64,000 nucleotides of DNA from Eledone cirrhosa. Taxonomy: Eukaryota. A model generated the notes under the pieces. The model saw nothing but the letters and a program-made list of their open reading frames with translations, had not been told where the DNA came from and did no database searches. A program made the translations under genes and the position numbers. The stretch spans positions 25,482,001 to 25,546,000 of the forward strand of contig OZ024752.1 of NCBI GenBank assembly GCA_964016885.1. The letters are read 5' to 3'. Of the stretch, positions 43,623-58,019 are shown piece after piece (position 1 is the stretch's first letter; the number at the start of each line of letters is the position of its first letter).

Positions 43623-46398
43623 TCATCATCATCATCATCATCAACGTTTAACGTCCGTGTTCCACGCTTGCATGGGTTTGGACGGGGGTAGTCCCACTTG
43701 AGGCAAGAGTGATTGTCTTGCTCGCATAGGACTGTCTGGCAGGTTTTCTACAGTTGGATGCCCTTCCTAACACCAACCACATTTACAGTGTGGGTCTGGG
43801 AGGTTTTTACCGTGTTGCCTACACGGCCACATTACAGCGTGGACTGTGTGTTTTTTTGTCGTAACACCTACACGATCTCATTTGTTTCGGCCTGGATGGC
43901 GCGGCACCAACATAACTTTACATAGAACGGGGTGGTGTGGATGGGGTGGGGGTGGTGGCGGGACGGGGTGTAGTTTGTTAGAGATGCCTACTGGCAAGGC
44001 GGGTCTTCTCTGTTACTGAGTACCGCCAAAGGTCACGGTCCAGTGACATTGTCTTGGAGAGGTGTAAGTGTGTGAGGTCGGAGTTTATCAGCTCATCCCA
44101 TGTTTTTCTAGGTCTGCCTATTCCGTGGCTACCGTCTATCTTTATTGCCCTGCACTTTGTAATACAGCTATCGACTTTCATGCGCATCACGTGTCCATAC
44201 CAACGCAGCCTTCTCTCGAGTAAACAACATCTGATCCCTCTTATCTCTAATTTTTTCCTTAGTTCGTTTATGCTTTGCCGTTCACGTATATTACTGTTAC
44301 ACATCCAGCGGAGCATGCAAGCTTCGTTCCTCTCTAGTCTGCGTATATCCTCTGCACACAATGCCCAGGTCTCACTACCATGCAACATTGCTGTTCGTAT
44401 GCAGGCATCGTACAACCTGCCTTTCATTTTTAGGGAGAACCCTTTAGCAGCTAATAGTGGTATAAGCTCTCTGAACTTTTTCCAACCAGTTCTGACTCTA
44501 GCTACAGTACTTTCAGAGCACCCTCCCCCACTGCTGATTTTATCGCCCAGGTAACGGAAGCTGTCCACTATTTCTATAGAACCCTCTGCGCAATTGAAAG
44601 AGCTAGTATTTTGTGGGCACTTGCTGCTACTTATTGCACCAGAACACCGGCCACATGTAAAGTCTATGTTCTTAGTTAGCTTACCTGTGATCCCACTACA
44701 TCTTTTATGCACCCATACTTTGCATTTAAGACATAAGATGGAGTTTCTACCTACGCCTTTCCTACATACCGAGCACGACCATTTCCCAGAAGGGACCGCC
44801 GCCTTGTTTTCTTTCCTACAAACTAGAACTTTGGTCTTAGCCAGGTTAATTTTAAGTCCTTTTGACTCTAGGCCGTGCTTCCATGTTTGGAATTTCTTCT
44901 CTAGCTCGGCCATTGATTCCGCTATGAGTGTCAGGTCGTCTGCGTATAGGAGTTCCCATGGGCAGCCTGTCTTTAACTCCTCTGTTATAGCCTGAAGGGC
45001 AATAATAAATAGTAGGGGGCTGAGAACAGAGCCCTGATGGACGCCAACTTTTACGCTAAACTCTTCACTATATTCGTTGTTAATTCTAACCTTGCTGACT
45101 GTTTCTTTATACATGGCTTGTATAGCCCTCACAAGCCATTCGTCAACGCCTAGTTTTCTAAGAGCCCACCAGATAATGGAGCGGGGGACTCTGTCGAAGG
45201 CTTTCTCCAGGTCGACAAAAGCTAAGTAGAGGGGTTTACCTTTAGCTAGGTACTTCTCCTGTAGTTGTCGTACTATGAAAAGAGCGTCTGTGGTGCTTTT
45301 GCCTGACACAAACCCGAACTGCATTTCATCTAGATCAATTCTCTCTCTGATTAGTTGCGCTATTACTTTTTCCGTGACCTTCATGACCTGGTCGATTAAT
45401 TTAATGCCTCTATAGTTACTCCTATCTAGGGCGTCTCCTTTACCCTTATAACAGTTAACGATGATGCTGCTATGCCAGTCCTTCGGAACAACCCCATTCT
45501 GTACGACTTGGTTAACTATGCGGGTGACCATGGTGTGTCCCACCGAACCAGATGCCTTCAGCATCTCAGCAACTATTTCCGAAGGCCCAGCCGCCTTACC
45601 AGTCTTCATATCCTTGATTGCCTTACTTATTATACTCCCCTCGACTAACACTGCTGGTCCCTCTATCGGGTCGATATGGGGGAGACTGTCTTTCTCCCAT
45701 TTATTCTCCTCATTTAGTAGCCTTTCATAGTGACACTTCCAAGCTACCTTCTTATCAGTGTCGGTGATGGCAAGTATGCCATCATCGTTAAGTACACACT
45801 TCTCCCCGACAATATCACGGTTTTCCTTGACGCATTGCCTGGCAATCCTGAACACCTCACGTTTTTGGTCATCGCGTTGTAGAACATGCTTGAACTTTCT
45901 TTCCTCAGCTTCCCTTCTTGCTAAGTACACTTCTCTCCTAGCTTCCCTCCTGGCCACTTGATAGTCTACTCTACTTCCCCCATCCCGCCATACTTTCCAA
46001 GCCTGCTTTTTGGCCTTAATTGACCCCTACACCCTATTGTTCCACCACCATGTTACTCTCCTCCTGCCTACAGGCCTGCTCCAGCCACAGACTTCGTCTG
46101 TCGCCAACAGCAGGTTTGCTTTCAGAAATTTCCACTGTCCCTCTATATTGTCCGATTCTAGATGCTCTTCCTTACTGTCGAAAGCATCAAGTAATATGCT
46201 TTGAAATTTATTTCTGGCTGTGGGGTCCTTTAGTTTCCATATTTTCCTCCTGAGGATAGTCCTCTTCTGCTGTCGGGTACGTCTCGTCCTGACTATGAGG
46301 TCGCTAATTATCAGTCTATGTTGGGAGGTGCATTCTTCATGGGGGAGGGATTTAGTGTTTACAACAGACACTCTGTCACGTCTTCTGGTAAGGATATA
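43623..46398 (-). mobile_element. 5'-truncated RTE LINE (family B)
   Basis: Open RT frame 45957-43978, high similarity to 37878-40643. Confidence 0.93.
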
Positions 46399-46452
46399 AT
46401 ATAAATATATATATATATATATATATACATAAATATATATATATATATATAC

Positions 46453-46487
<35 letters not shown>

Positions 46488-46537
46488 AATATATATATAT
46501 ATATATATATACATAAATATATATATATATATACATA

Positions 46538-46616
<79 letters not shown>

Positions 46617-47012
46617 ATTTATTTTTGAAAAGCATTTAGAAATGCGCAACCGGTAAAAACTTAAAGACTTAAAACCACAACTGAATACTAACTCATACAA
46701 TCACTAATACTCTTTTATTCCTAATTATACCATTTTTCAACTGTCAACAATTTGTCAGCATTTTCTATTCCGTTTACCAATATATATATATATATACATA
46801 AATATATATATATATATACATAAATATATATATATAAATATACATAAATATATATATATAAATAAATATATATATATATAAATAAATATACATAAATATA
46901 AATATATAAATTATATATATATATATATATAAATAAATATACATAAATATATATATATAAATAAATATATATATATATACATAAATATATATATATATAT
47001 ATATATACGTAA

Positions 47013-47043
<31 letters not shown>

Positions 47044-47478
47044 AATATATATATATATACATAAATATATATATATATACATAAATATATATATATATAC
47101 ATAAATATATATATATATACATAAATATATATATATATATACATAAATATATATATATATACATAAATATATATATATATATACATAAATATATATATAT
47201 ATATACATAAATATATATATATATATACATAAATATATATATATATATACATAAATATATATATATATATACATAAATATATATATATATATACATAAAT
47301 ATATATATATATATACATAAATATATATATATATACATAAATATATATATATATACATAAATATATATATACATAAATATATATATACATAAATATATAT
47401 ATATATACATAAATATATATATATACATAAATATATATATACATAAATATATATATATATACATAAATATATATATAC

Positions 47479-47509
<31 letters not shown>

Positions 47510-47540
47510 CATAAATAAATATATATATATATATATATAC

Positions 47541-47583
<43 letters not shown>

Positions 47584-47668
47584 TATATATATATACATAT
47601 ATATACATAATATATATATATATATACATAATATATATATATATATATACATAATATATATATATATA

Positions 47669-47702
<34 letters not shown>

Positions 47703-47983
47703 AATATATATATACATAAATATATATATACATAAATATATATATATACATAAATATATATATAAATATATATATACATAAATATATATATAGCCATAAA
47801 TATATATATATATACATAAATATATATATATATACATAAATATATATATATATACATAAATATATATACATAAATATATATACATAAATATATATACATA
47901 AATATATATACATAAATATATATACATAAATATATATACATAAATATATATACATAAATATATATATATATATATATACATAA

Positions 47984-48018
<35 letters not shown>

Positions 48019-48037
48019 CATAAATATATATATAAAT

Positions 48038-48086
<49 letters not shown>

Positions 48087-48107
48087 CATAAATATATATA
48101 TAAATAT

Positions 48108-48154
<47 letters not shown>

Positions 48155-48170
48155 CATAAATATATATATA

Positions 48171-48202
<32 letters not shown>

Positions 48203-48499
48203 CATAAATATATATATATATACATAAATATATATATATATATATACATAAATATATATATATATATATACATAAATATATATATATATACATAAATATA
48301 AATATATATATACATAAATATATATATATACATATATATATATATACATAAATATATATATATATACATAAATATATATATATATACATAAATATAAATA
48401 TATATATACATAAATATAAATATATATATACATAAATATAAATATATATATACATAAATATAAATATATATATATATACATAAATATATATATATATAC

Positions 48500-48548
<49 letters not shown>

Positions 48549-48561
48549 CATAAATATAAAT

Positions 48562-48610
<49 letters not shown>

Positions 48611-48750
48611 AATATATATATATATATGAATATAGACATAGAATATTCGAAAATATTCTGTATGTTTATAATAAACATTTTGAAGACCTAATCGCTATAG
48701 AATAGAATACGTCACGTATTACAATTAGATTCTCGATAAAAGCAAGGGAA

Positions 48751-48793
48751 GTAATCTACGCGTTTCATTCTTGTTAGAAATCATCAGGACTAC
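48751..48793 (-). ncRNA. Minimal type I hammerhead ribozyme (also 49061-49103)
   Basis: Reverse complement of 49558-49600. Confidence 0.87.
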
Positions 48794-49557
48794 ATATCCA
48801 GTGCTTTTATCGAGAATGACACAGCTAGAGACTTATAGAATACTTAGCTGTGTACAGGAACTGGTTTGAAAGAGCGGTTGCCGGTCCGGCAGAAATTAGA
48901 AATTGGAATAAATGCTCTGAAATAGCGATATATATGTGAATATAGACATAGAATATTCGAAAATATTCTGTATGTTTATAATAAACATTTTGAAGACCTA
49001 ATCGCTATAGAATAGAATACGTCACGTATTACAATTAGATTCTCGATAAAAGCAAGGGAAGTAATCTACGCGTTTCATTCTTGTTAGAAATCATCAGGAC
49101 TACATATCCAGTGCTTTTATCGAGAATGACACAGCTAGAGACTTATAGAATACTTAGCTGTGTACAGGAACTGGTTTGAAAGAGCGGTTGCCGGTCCGGC
49201 AGAAATTAGAAATTGGAATAAATGCTCTGAAATAGCGATATATATGTGAATATAGACATAGAATATTCGAAAATATTCTGTATGTTTATAATAAACATTT
49301 TGAAGACCTAATCGCTATAGAATAGAATACGTCACGTATTCTATAGCGATTAGGTCTTCAAAATGTTTATTATAAACATACAGAATATTTTCGAATATTC
49401 TATGTCTATATTCACATATATATCGCTATTTCAGAGCATTTATTCCAATTTCTAATTTCTGCCGGACCGGCAACCGCTCTTTCAAACCAGTTCCTGTACA
49501 CAGCTAAGTATTCTATAAGTCTCTAGCTGTGTCATTCTCGATAAAAGCACTGGATAT

Positions 49558-49600
49558 GTAGTCCTGATGATTTCTAACAAGAATGAAACGCGTAGATTAC
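49558..49600 (+). ncRNA. Minimal type I hammerhead ribozyme (also 49868-49910, 50178-50220, 50488-50530)
   Basis: gtagtc-CTGATGA-t ttct aaca agaa t-GAAA-cgcg-TA-gattac, enclosed by attctcgataaaagca/tgcttttatcgagaat. Confidence 0.87.
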
Positions 49601-51135
49601 TTCCCTTGCTTTTATCGAGAATCTAATTGTAATACGTGACGTATTCTATTCTATAGCGATTAGGTCTTCAAAATGTTTATTATAAACATACAGAATATTT
49701 TCGAATATTCTATGTCTATATTCACATATATATCGCTATTTCAGAGCATTTATTCCAATTTCTAATTTCTGCCGGACCGGCAACCGCTCTTTCAAACCAG
49801 TTCCTGTACACAGCTAAGTATTCTATAAGTCTCTAGCTGTGTCATTCTCGATAAAAGCACTGGATATGTAGTCCTGATGATTTCTAACAAGAATGAAACG
49901 CGTAGATTACTTCCCTTGCTTTTATCGAGAATCTAATTGTAATACGTGACGTATTCTATTCTATAGCGATTAGGTCTTCAAAATGTTTATTATAAACATA
50001 CAGAATATTTTCGAATATTCTATGTCTATATTCACATATATATCGCTATTTCAGAGCATTTATTCCAATTTCTAATTTCTGCCGGACCGGCAACCGCTCT
50101 TTCAAACCAGTTCCTGTACACAGCTAAGTATTCTATAAGTCTCTAGCTGTGTCATTCTCGATAAAAGCACTGGATATGTAGTCCTGATGATTTCTAACAA
50201 GAATGAAACGCGTAGATTACTTCCCTTGCTTTTATCGAGAATCTAATTGTAATACGTGACGTATTCTATTCTATAGCGATTAGGTCTTCAAAATGTTTAT
50301 TATAAACATACAGAATATTTTCGAATATTCTATGTCTATATTCACATATATATCGCTATTTCAGAGCATTTATTCCAATTTCTAATTTCTGCCGGACCGG
50401 CAACCGCTCTTTCAAACCAGTTCCTGTACACAGCTAAGTATTCTATAAGTCTCTAGCTGTGTCATTCTCGATAAAAGCACTGGATATGTAGTCCTGATGA
50501 TTTCTAACAAGAATGAAACGCGTAGATTACTTCCCTTGCTTTTATCGAGAATCTAATTGTAATACGTGACGTATTCTATTCTATAGCGATTAGGTCTTCA
50601 AAATGTTTATTATAAACATACAGAATATTTTCGAATATTCTATGTCTATATTCACATATATATCGCTATTTCAGAGCATTTATTCCAATATATATATATA
50701 TATATACATAAATATCTGATACTGGTTCAGTCTAATTCAACCGGATTGGTCTGTCCCAGTCATTCATTGAGCAACATCGGTAAGGTTGGCACCATTAACT
50801 CACGGTTGGGTGTGGATGCATTCATGTATATGTGTGTGTCCGCATGTATCTGTGTGTTTCTAAATATATTGTTCATAACTCCCTCTGGTCGAGTAATCTT
50901 TGAAGTGTGGTGACTGCTGGAAAGCTGCCATTACTCATACTTCTCGCCTCCTTCACCACCTCTTCTACGGCTTCGATATAAATACCCCCTCCGCCTCCGT
51001 GGTATTTTCTTCGGGGTTATAAGCGGCTTAGCTCTGTTTCTCGACCGTTATATCGCGTGACTATCTCCCCCTCCGCCTTTTGGGATTCTTTCTCACGTCG
51101 TGTAGACGCGTTCTTGAAGCTAGTAAAATGAGGTA

Positions 51136-51225
51136 TCCTCTTGATAAGTCGGCAGACCTCGCAAAAGCTCTATATCTTTATGATGTATTGTTTTTGTTTA
51201 TGCCACGAAACTACGTAGTCGAGGA
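51136..51225 (+). ncRNA. Type I hammerhead ribozyme, U3-A8 variant, in the non-coding island 50715-51295
   Basis: tcctc-TTGATAA-gt(c)ggca..tgccac-GAAA-ctacgtag-TC-gagga. Confidence 0.78.
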
Positions 51226-51446
51226 ATCTAGGAGCAGTTTAGGTATGATACATTTTATTACTAATTATATCTAAATGTTTCTTCTCTCTTCATAATGTAT
51301 ATATATATTTATGTATATATATATACATAAATATATATGTATATATATATTATGTTTATATATATATATAATGTATAAAAAACAATACAATATAATTACC
51401 TCATTACCAGAGGTTTCCCGAATAAGACGAATACGAAAGAAACGTC

Positions 51447-51483
<37 letters not shown>

Positions 51484-51654
51484 GTATATATATATGTGTG
51501 TATTTATGTATATATATATATATATATGTGTATTTATGTATATATATATATATATATGTGTGTGTATTTGTGTATATATATATATATATGTGTGTGTATT
51601 TGTGTATATATATATATATATGTGTATTTATGTATATATATATATATGTGTATT

Positions 51655-51691
<37 letters not shown>

Positions 51692-51696
51692 ATTTA

Positions 51697-52353
51697 TGTT
51701 ATACTTGGGGAGGGTCATATTTGTGTAATATTGCCAGAATTGATAACAGAACACACTCACTGTTTGGTTGGTTTTCGCTTCTGTGTCTTTTATATCGGTA
51801 ATCTAATTTATTCGGTCCTCAATGTTGCCATTGACTGACTGACGGTCAAAAATAATACAGATACAATATAGACACAAACACATATATATAGTTTATCAAA
51901 GTTCTTTCATTGCACATCTGCAATATTGTCAGTGGTGCTATTGTCTCCTCCTGTTACATTGTATGTCTACGCCATTTTTATTTAGTCTAAATAAAAGAGA
52001 CTAAATAAAAATGGCGTAGACATGCAATGTAACGGGAGGAAACAATAGCACCACTGACGATGTTGCAGATGTGCAACGAAAGAACTTTGATAAACTATAT
52101 ATATGTGTTTGTGTCTATATTGTATCTGCATTATTTTTGATCGTCGGTCAGTCAATGGCAACATTGAGGACCGAATAAATTAGATTACCCATATAAAAGA
52201 CACCGAAATGCGAAAAGCGAAAACCAACCAAACAGTGTGTTCTGTTATTAATTCTGGCAATATTACACAAATATGACCCTCCCCAAGTATAACAATATTT
52301 GTTTCGACACACGATTTCATATAAAAAACCTCGCAAAACTAATTCATCGCCGT
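51697..52353 (+). mobile_element. PLE pseudo-LTR foldback (arms 51697-51988 / 51998-52294) with HHR-like motif and ORF start
   Basis: 52049-52092: cacca-CTGACGA-t-gttgca gatg tgcaac-GAAA-gaac-TT-tgata; ATG at 52273 reads [27 protein letters not shown]. Confidence 0.75.
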
Positions 52354-52387
52354 TGTGTATTTATGTATATATATATATTTATGTATA

Positions 52388-52848
52388 TATATATATATGT
52401 ATTTATGTGGGGAGACCCAAGATGACTTGGGATGAGGTGATAAAAGCCGACCTTACCCAACTACACCTCTCAAAGTCAATGACACACGACCGTGACTTCT
52501 GGCGTCACGCAGTAATACAGGGTACCCGACCTCCCATGGGTACATGCTGAAGCATATAAACAATATGCCCCCCCCCCCACCGCAAGGTGGTCGTGGAGGT
52601 GCCACGGCAAAAAAGCACCCAGCCCACACTGTAAAGTGGACGTGTAGGCGCCACGAAAAAGCACCCAGCACTCACTGTAAATGAGGTTGGTGTTAGGAAG
52701 GGCATCCAGCTGTAGAAATCAAGCCAGATCAGTTCCTGTATGAGCAAGGCATGGTCAGCCGACCAGACACTGCCCACAACAGGACAACCCGTCTAACCCA
52801 TGCTAGCGTGGAAGAACGGACGTAAAACGGTGATGATGATGATGATGA
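52388..52848 (+). mobile_element. RTE 3' end (family C) with ORF C-terminus
   Basis: GRPKMTWDEVIKADL..DRDFWR, 3' UTR, (GAT)n tail. Confidence 0.88.
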
Positions 52849-52920
52849 TATGTATTTATGTATAAATATATATTTATGTATATATTTATGTATATATTTA
52901 TGTATATACTGTATATATAT

Positions 52921-55112
52921 ATATGACATAGATAATAACTGGAATTTCTTACGTGACAACTTGCTGCAGGCTACTGATGAAACCTGTGGCTGGAGCAGAG
53001 CTCCAACCAGACAGAGAGTGACCTGGTGGTGGAACAGCACAGTAGATAAGGCTATTAGAGACAAAAGACTAGCATGGAAGGCTTGGAAAAAGGGTGGGAG
53101 TAGGGAAGAATATACAGCCACTAAGAGAGAAGCTAGACGTCAGGTGTACTTAGCACGCAGGGAGGCAGAGAGTAGGAGGTTTGCCAATGTTCTGCGACGG
53201 GAAGATCAGAGGCGTGCGGTGTTCCACATTGCAAGGCAGTGTGTCAATGCAAATCAGGTTGTTGTTGGAGATAAATGTGTCTGGGATGATGCCGGTGTAC
53301 TTAGTGTCACGAATGATCAGAAAAAGGAGGCCTGGAAATGTCATTATAAGAGACTGATGAATGTGGAGAACGAATGGGAGAGAGAGAAATTACCCTTGGT
53401 GGATCCGACAGAGGGACCAGCTATTGAGATTGACGAATATAGGGTCCAAGAGGCGATTAGGGAAATGAAAAATGGTAAGGCTGCCAGACCATCGGGAATA
53501 GTTGCTGAGATGCTGAAGGCATCAGGGGACGTAGGCACTAAACTGGTTGCATGCATCATCAATCAGGCTATATATGGTGGTGTCATACCCAAAGACTGGT
53601 GCAGCAGTATTCTCATAAATTGCTACAAAGGTAAAGGGGATGCTTTGGAGAGGAGCAATTATAGGGGTATAAAACTGATAGATCAGGTTATGAAAGTGGC
53701 AGAAAGGATTTTAGCACAACTAATTAGAGAAAGGGTCAAACTAGATGAGATGCAGTTTGGTTTTGTGCCTGGGAAGAGTACAACTGCCTGGTGAGACAAT
53801 TGCAAGAGAGGTTCTTAGAGAAGAATAAGCCACTATACTTAGCCTTTGTTGACCTAGAGAAGGTCTTTGATAGGGTACCCCGATCTGTCATCTGGTGGTC
53901 CCTAAGGAAGCTAGGTGTTGAGGAATGGCTTGTGAGGACAGTGCAAACTTTGTGCAGAGGTACTCTCAGTAAATTCAGGGTAGGAATAGAGTTTAGTGAG
54001 GAATTCCAGATACAAGTAGGAGTACATCAGGGTTCGGTCCTCAGCCCGCTCTTGTTCATTATAGTCCTCCAAGCCATAACAGAGGAGTTTAAGACTGGCT
54101 GTCCATGGGAACTTCTCTATGCTGATGATCTGGTTCTTATAGCAGAATCAGTAGAGGAGCTAGAGAATAAATTCTGGCTATGGAAACAGCAGTTGGAAGC
54201 AAGAGGACTGAGAGTGAATCTAGCTAAGACAAAAGTGTTGATGAGTAGAAAAGAGGACAAAACCCTGATTTCGTCAGGGAAATGGCCATGTTCGATATGC
54301 AGAAAAGGAACTGGCATAAATTCTATAAAATGCACACTATGCAGATCCTGGGTACACAAGAGATGTAGCGGGATAGCAGGCAAACTAACAGGTAGGGAGA
54401 AATATGTATGCAGTAGATGTACAGGGAAATTAGACAGTAGAAGTCGCACTGATAGACACATTTTTCAAATGCAAGAGGGCGCTATAGAGGTGGTGGATAG
54501 CTTCCGGTACCTAGGTGATCAGATTAGCATGGGAGGAGGGTGTTCCGAGGCCATAGTATCTAGAATAAGGACGGGTTGGAAGAAGTTTAGGGAGCTGCTT
54601 CCTCTGTTGACGAAGAAGGGTTTCTCCCTGCGTACGAAAGGCCGGTTGTATGATGCCTGTGTGAGGAGCGCGATGCTGCATGGTAGTGAGACATGGGCAG
54701 CAACTGCAGAGGATATGCGACGGCTGGAGAGAAATGAGGCAAGCATGCTCCGTTGGATGTGCAGTGTAAATGTGCGTGAACGACCCAGCATAAATGTGTT
54801 GAGAGAGAAACTGTGTCTGAGAGGGATAGAATGTAGTGTACGGGAGAGGAGACTGAGGTGGTATGGACATGTGATGCGCATGGAGGATGACCGATGGGTG
54901 AAGAAGTGCCAGGAATTGCCAGTTGAAGGAAGACGTGGTAGAGGTAGACCACGAAAAACATGGGCGGAGGTGGTGAGAACAGATCTCAGATCATTGAAGC
55001 TCACGGTGGAGATGACGAGGGACCGTGACGAGTGGAGAGATGCTGTGCTGAATAAGACCCGTCCCACCCTTGCAAGCAGGGAAAAGCGGACGCAAAATGA
55101 TGATGATGATGA
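52921..55112 (+). mobile_element. 5'-truncated RTE LINE (family A)
   Basis: Highly similar to 26744-28949; small deletion/frameshift at ~53785. Confidence 0.93.
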
Positions 55113-55119
55113 TATATAT

Positions 55120-55857
55120 TTATCAAAGTGGGAGCAGAAACCTCTGCATGGCAAATATGTGGCCCATAGCAAACAAACTGATGTTGACCAAAAGCACACC
55201 CATCAGTGGTTACGTAGCTCAGGGCTAAAAGCAGAGAGCGAAGGTTTCTTCTTAGCTGCCCAAGATCAAAGGTTACTGATATGGAGTTACCAGGCCAATG
55301 TGATGAGAAATGGTGAGTAAATCCAAAGTGGTGATTCTACAATGTTGAGGTTGAAACAGTGGATCCTCTAGTTTCAGCCCCAGTAGAGTACAAATATAGA
55401 CACGACAGAGTAGGCCAATATCTACACTGGGTAATATGTCGGCATTTTATAATCAAAGCTGCTGACAAGTGGTACAATCATCACCTTGAGGCTGTAAGTG
55501 AAGGGGAAAAAGTAACAATTCTTGGGGACTTTCCAGTACATACTGACTGGACCATAAAAGCAAATAGACCAGATATCATTGAAAAAGACCAACATAGCAA
55601 GGTCTGTTTATTGATTGATATGAGCATTCCATGTGATCACAATATCGCAGCAAAAGAATTTGACAAGCTTAGAAAATATAAAGATTTGCTTATTGAAGTC
55701 GATAAAATGTGACACCTCAACGGTGTTACAATACCAGTGATTGTGGGAGCACTGGGAATGATCAAGAAATGATTCCTGGTTTACCCTCTCTGCAAGAAGT
55801 GCAAAAGATTGTTTTGACTGGTACTGCACCTTTATTGAGAAGAACACTATCTCTGTA
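55120..55857 (+). mobile_element. R4/Dong-clade LINE 3' fragment (restriction-like endonuclease region), degenerate
   Basis: W..KPLHG, EGF..AAQDQ, RHDRV..LHW, NRPDII, LLIDMSIP, K..KYKDL. Confidence 0.85.
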
Positions 55858-55999
55858 AGAATGATATCCCTCCTTGTGTGGATGTGTGTGAGTAGAGCAC
55901 TATCTCTGTAAGAATATCTCTCCTTGCATGTATGTGTGGAAGTGTGTGTGTGTGCATGCGTGCATGGTTATCTTTTATTTATATGTGTGTATGTATATG

Positions 56000-56092
<93 letters not shown>

Positions 56093-56098
56093 ATATAA

Positions 56099-56310
56099 AG
56101 GCATGTGGCTGAGTGGTTTGAGAATTGGATTCACAATCTTGAGGTTGTGAGTTCGATTCCTGGACCGGGCGATACGTTATATCCTTGAGCAAGACACTTT
56201 ATTACACGTTGCTCTTTCTACCTGGAGCTGCAACCGATAGATAGTACTAGCAACTGGAAAGACCGACGAAAACATTGTTTAGTCGGTCCGATTTGACGAA
56301 TGTCGATCGA
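56099..56310 (+). mobile_element. tRNA-derived SINE with CORE-like domain
   Basis: A box TGGCTGAGTGG, B box GTTCGATTCC, TCCTTGAGCAAGACACTT. Confidence 0.85.
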
Positions 56311-56504
56311 TATATACATATATATATATATATATATATTCATTTTTTTTAAAGCTGTGAATTATAATCAATGTGATGTGTTAACTGGCTTACCAATGTA
56401 TACAGTGAATTTATTTGCCCTAGGAATCAGGAAGACACTCGGCATATATCAGAAACAATACTGAAGGAAAAGGAAAAATAATAATAATAATAAAGAACGA
56501 AAAA

Positions 56505-56660
56505 GCAACCATACGTTTGGATATAACCAATAGACACAGACAGAGAGATGAAAGCCAACCGACGAAAATAAAAATGTCTTCTGATTGATGTATCAATTCC
56601 CAGACAATATATCTACCAAGGAAATGGAGAAACTACCCAAATATAAAGATCTGGAGATAA
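56505..56660 (+). mobile_element. Degenerate R4/Dong RLE fragment
   Basis: Remnants of TDRE.KANR, CLLIDVSIP, EMEKL.KYKDLEI. Confidence 0.6.
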
Positions 56661-56855
56661 AACCTAAAGAAAGAAGCATAAGAAATACTGCAAAGAACTT
56701 TTCTGATGTTCTTAGAATTCTGCCAATCCACCACCCTCAATAATAATAATAATAATAATAATAATATGGAAGAACATTTTATTTTTATTAGTTCAGTACA
56801 GACAATCAGAAGTAGGAGAGGGGTCTGGGTGTGTAAAATTTCACAATATATATAT

Positions 56856-56900
<45 letters not shown>

Positions 56901-57254
56901 AAAAATGTCTATACATGAATACAAATTCTTTGGAAGATCATGATGAAAGGAGAATGATAAAAAAAAAAGTGTTTGAATTGAAAACAAGTAGAGCATTCCC
57001 AATAGTTCAATGAAACTTAATCAGTGAGTGAGGGAGATCGAAGTGAGATATATTGAGTTACAGGGAATAGGAGGAGGTGATGTAATATATATTGGGCAGT
57101 GAGGTAGTGATGTACCACATATGTAAGGCAGTGGGATTTCTTTGGAGTAAGTTTTTATCTAGTTGCACATACATCTATTTCATAGTATTTACCCTAGGTT
57201 AACTAACCACTTGTCCAACTATTTTGCCTATTTTCATTCTAGATTTAATAAACG

Positions 57255-57600
57255 CCTTGTACAACAGTTTTATATTATCCCTTGTTAACTGACAGCAAGG
57301 TCAACTAACAGTTATCCTATGTTAACTGATGGCAAAGTCAACTGGTTTTATATTTGGTCAACAGTTATTCTAGGTTAACCAGTGACATGGTCAACTGGTC
57401 ATTCAACCAACAGTTATTCTAGGTTAACCAGTGACAGGATCAACTGGTTTTATGTTTGGTCAACCAACAGTTGTCCTAGGTTAACCAGTGACATGGTCAA
57501 CTGGTCATTCAACCAACAGTTGTCCTAGGTTAACCAGTGACAGAGTCAACTGGTCTTATATTTGGTCAATTGATTTTATGTTAGGCCAACCAACAGTATA
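57255..57600. repeat. Minisatellite, ~49-58-bp unit (aggttaaccagtgac..tcaactgg..caaccaacagtt)
   Basis: About 6 diverged tandem copies. Confidence 0.8.
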
Positions 57601-58019
57601 TCTAACAATTCTATAATAGTCATGATATAATGTTCCTATGGGCATCAATGATATAATGAAACATTTCTAGCTAGGAATTGAAAATAACACACAATCTCAG
57701 CCCACTTTCAACTGTACACCACCACCATCACTACTACCACCACCACCACTACTACACCACAATACCCTCTCATGTGTTCAATGTATTGACTATTGAGGAA
57801 GCACGAGGCTAGATCTTTGTAAGGAAGACAACAGAGTTGATTAAGTCAAACCACCATTATATCCACTGGTTCATATTTTACAGACTAGACCCCAGTCTTT
57901 TAATGACTGGTGAGTAGAACACCCAGCATGATTTAAACAACACACCCCAATGTAAAATATCTAAACACACTTCTCCACTATCAGTGTTTTATCTCAGCCA
58001 GGCAACAACAATATTAATA

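Larger units (their letters stand above)
48628..50688. repeat. Tandem retrozyme-like array, 310-bp monomer: ~2.3 copies in one orientation, inversion at ~49332, ~4.3 copies in the other
   Basis: tatagacata at 48631, 48941, 49251; ctatagcgat at 49341, 49651, 49961, 50271, 50581; monomers look identical. Confidence 0.92.

Noticed and set aside
38164-46253. Many short ORFs antisense to RTE and CR1 copies
   Set aside because: Shadow frames of the LINE ORFs with no independent motifs
48628-50688. CRISPR-like array
   Set aside because: Whole 310-bp units are identical, there are no unique spacers and no cas genes, and the context is eukaryotic
56099-56175. tRNA gene
   Set aside because: A/B boxes are present but the cloverleaf is poor and it continues into a SINE body with a second copy at 11135-11350
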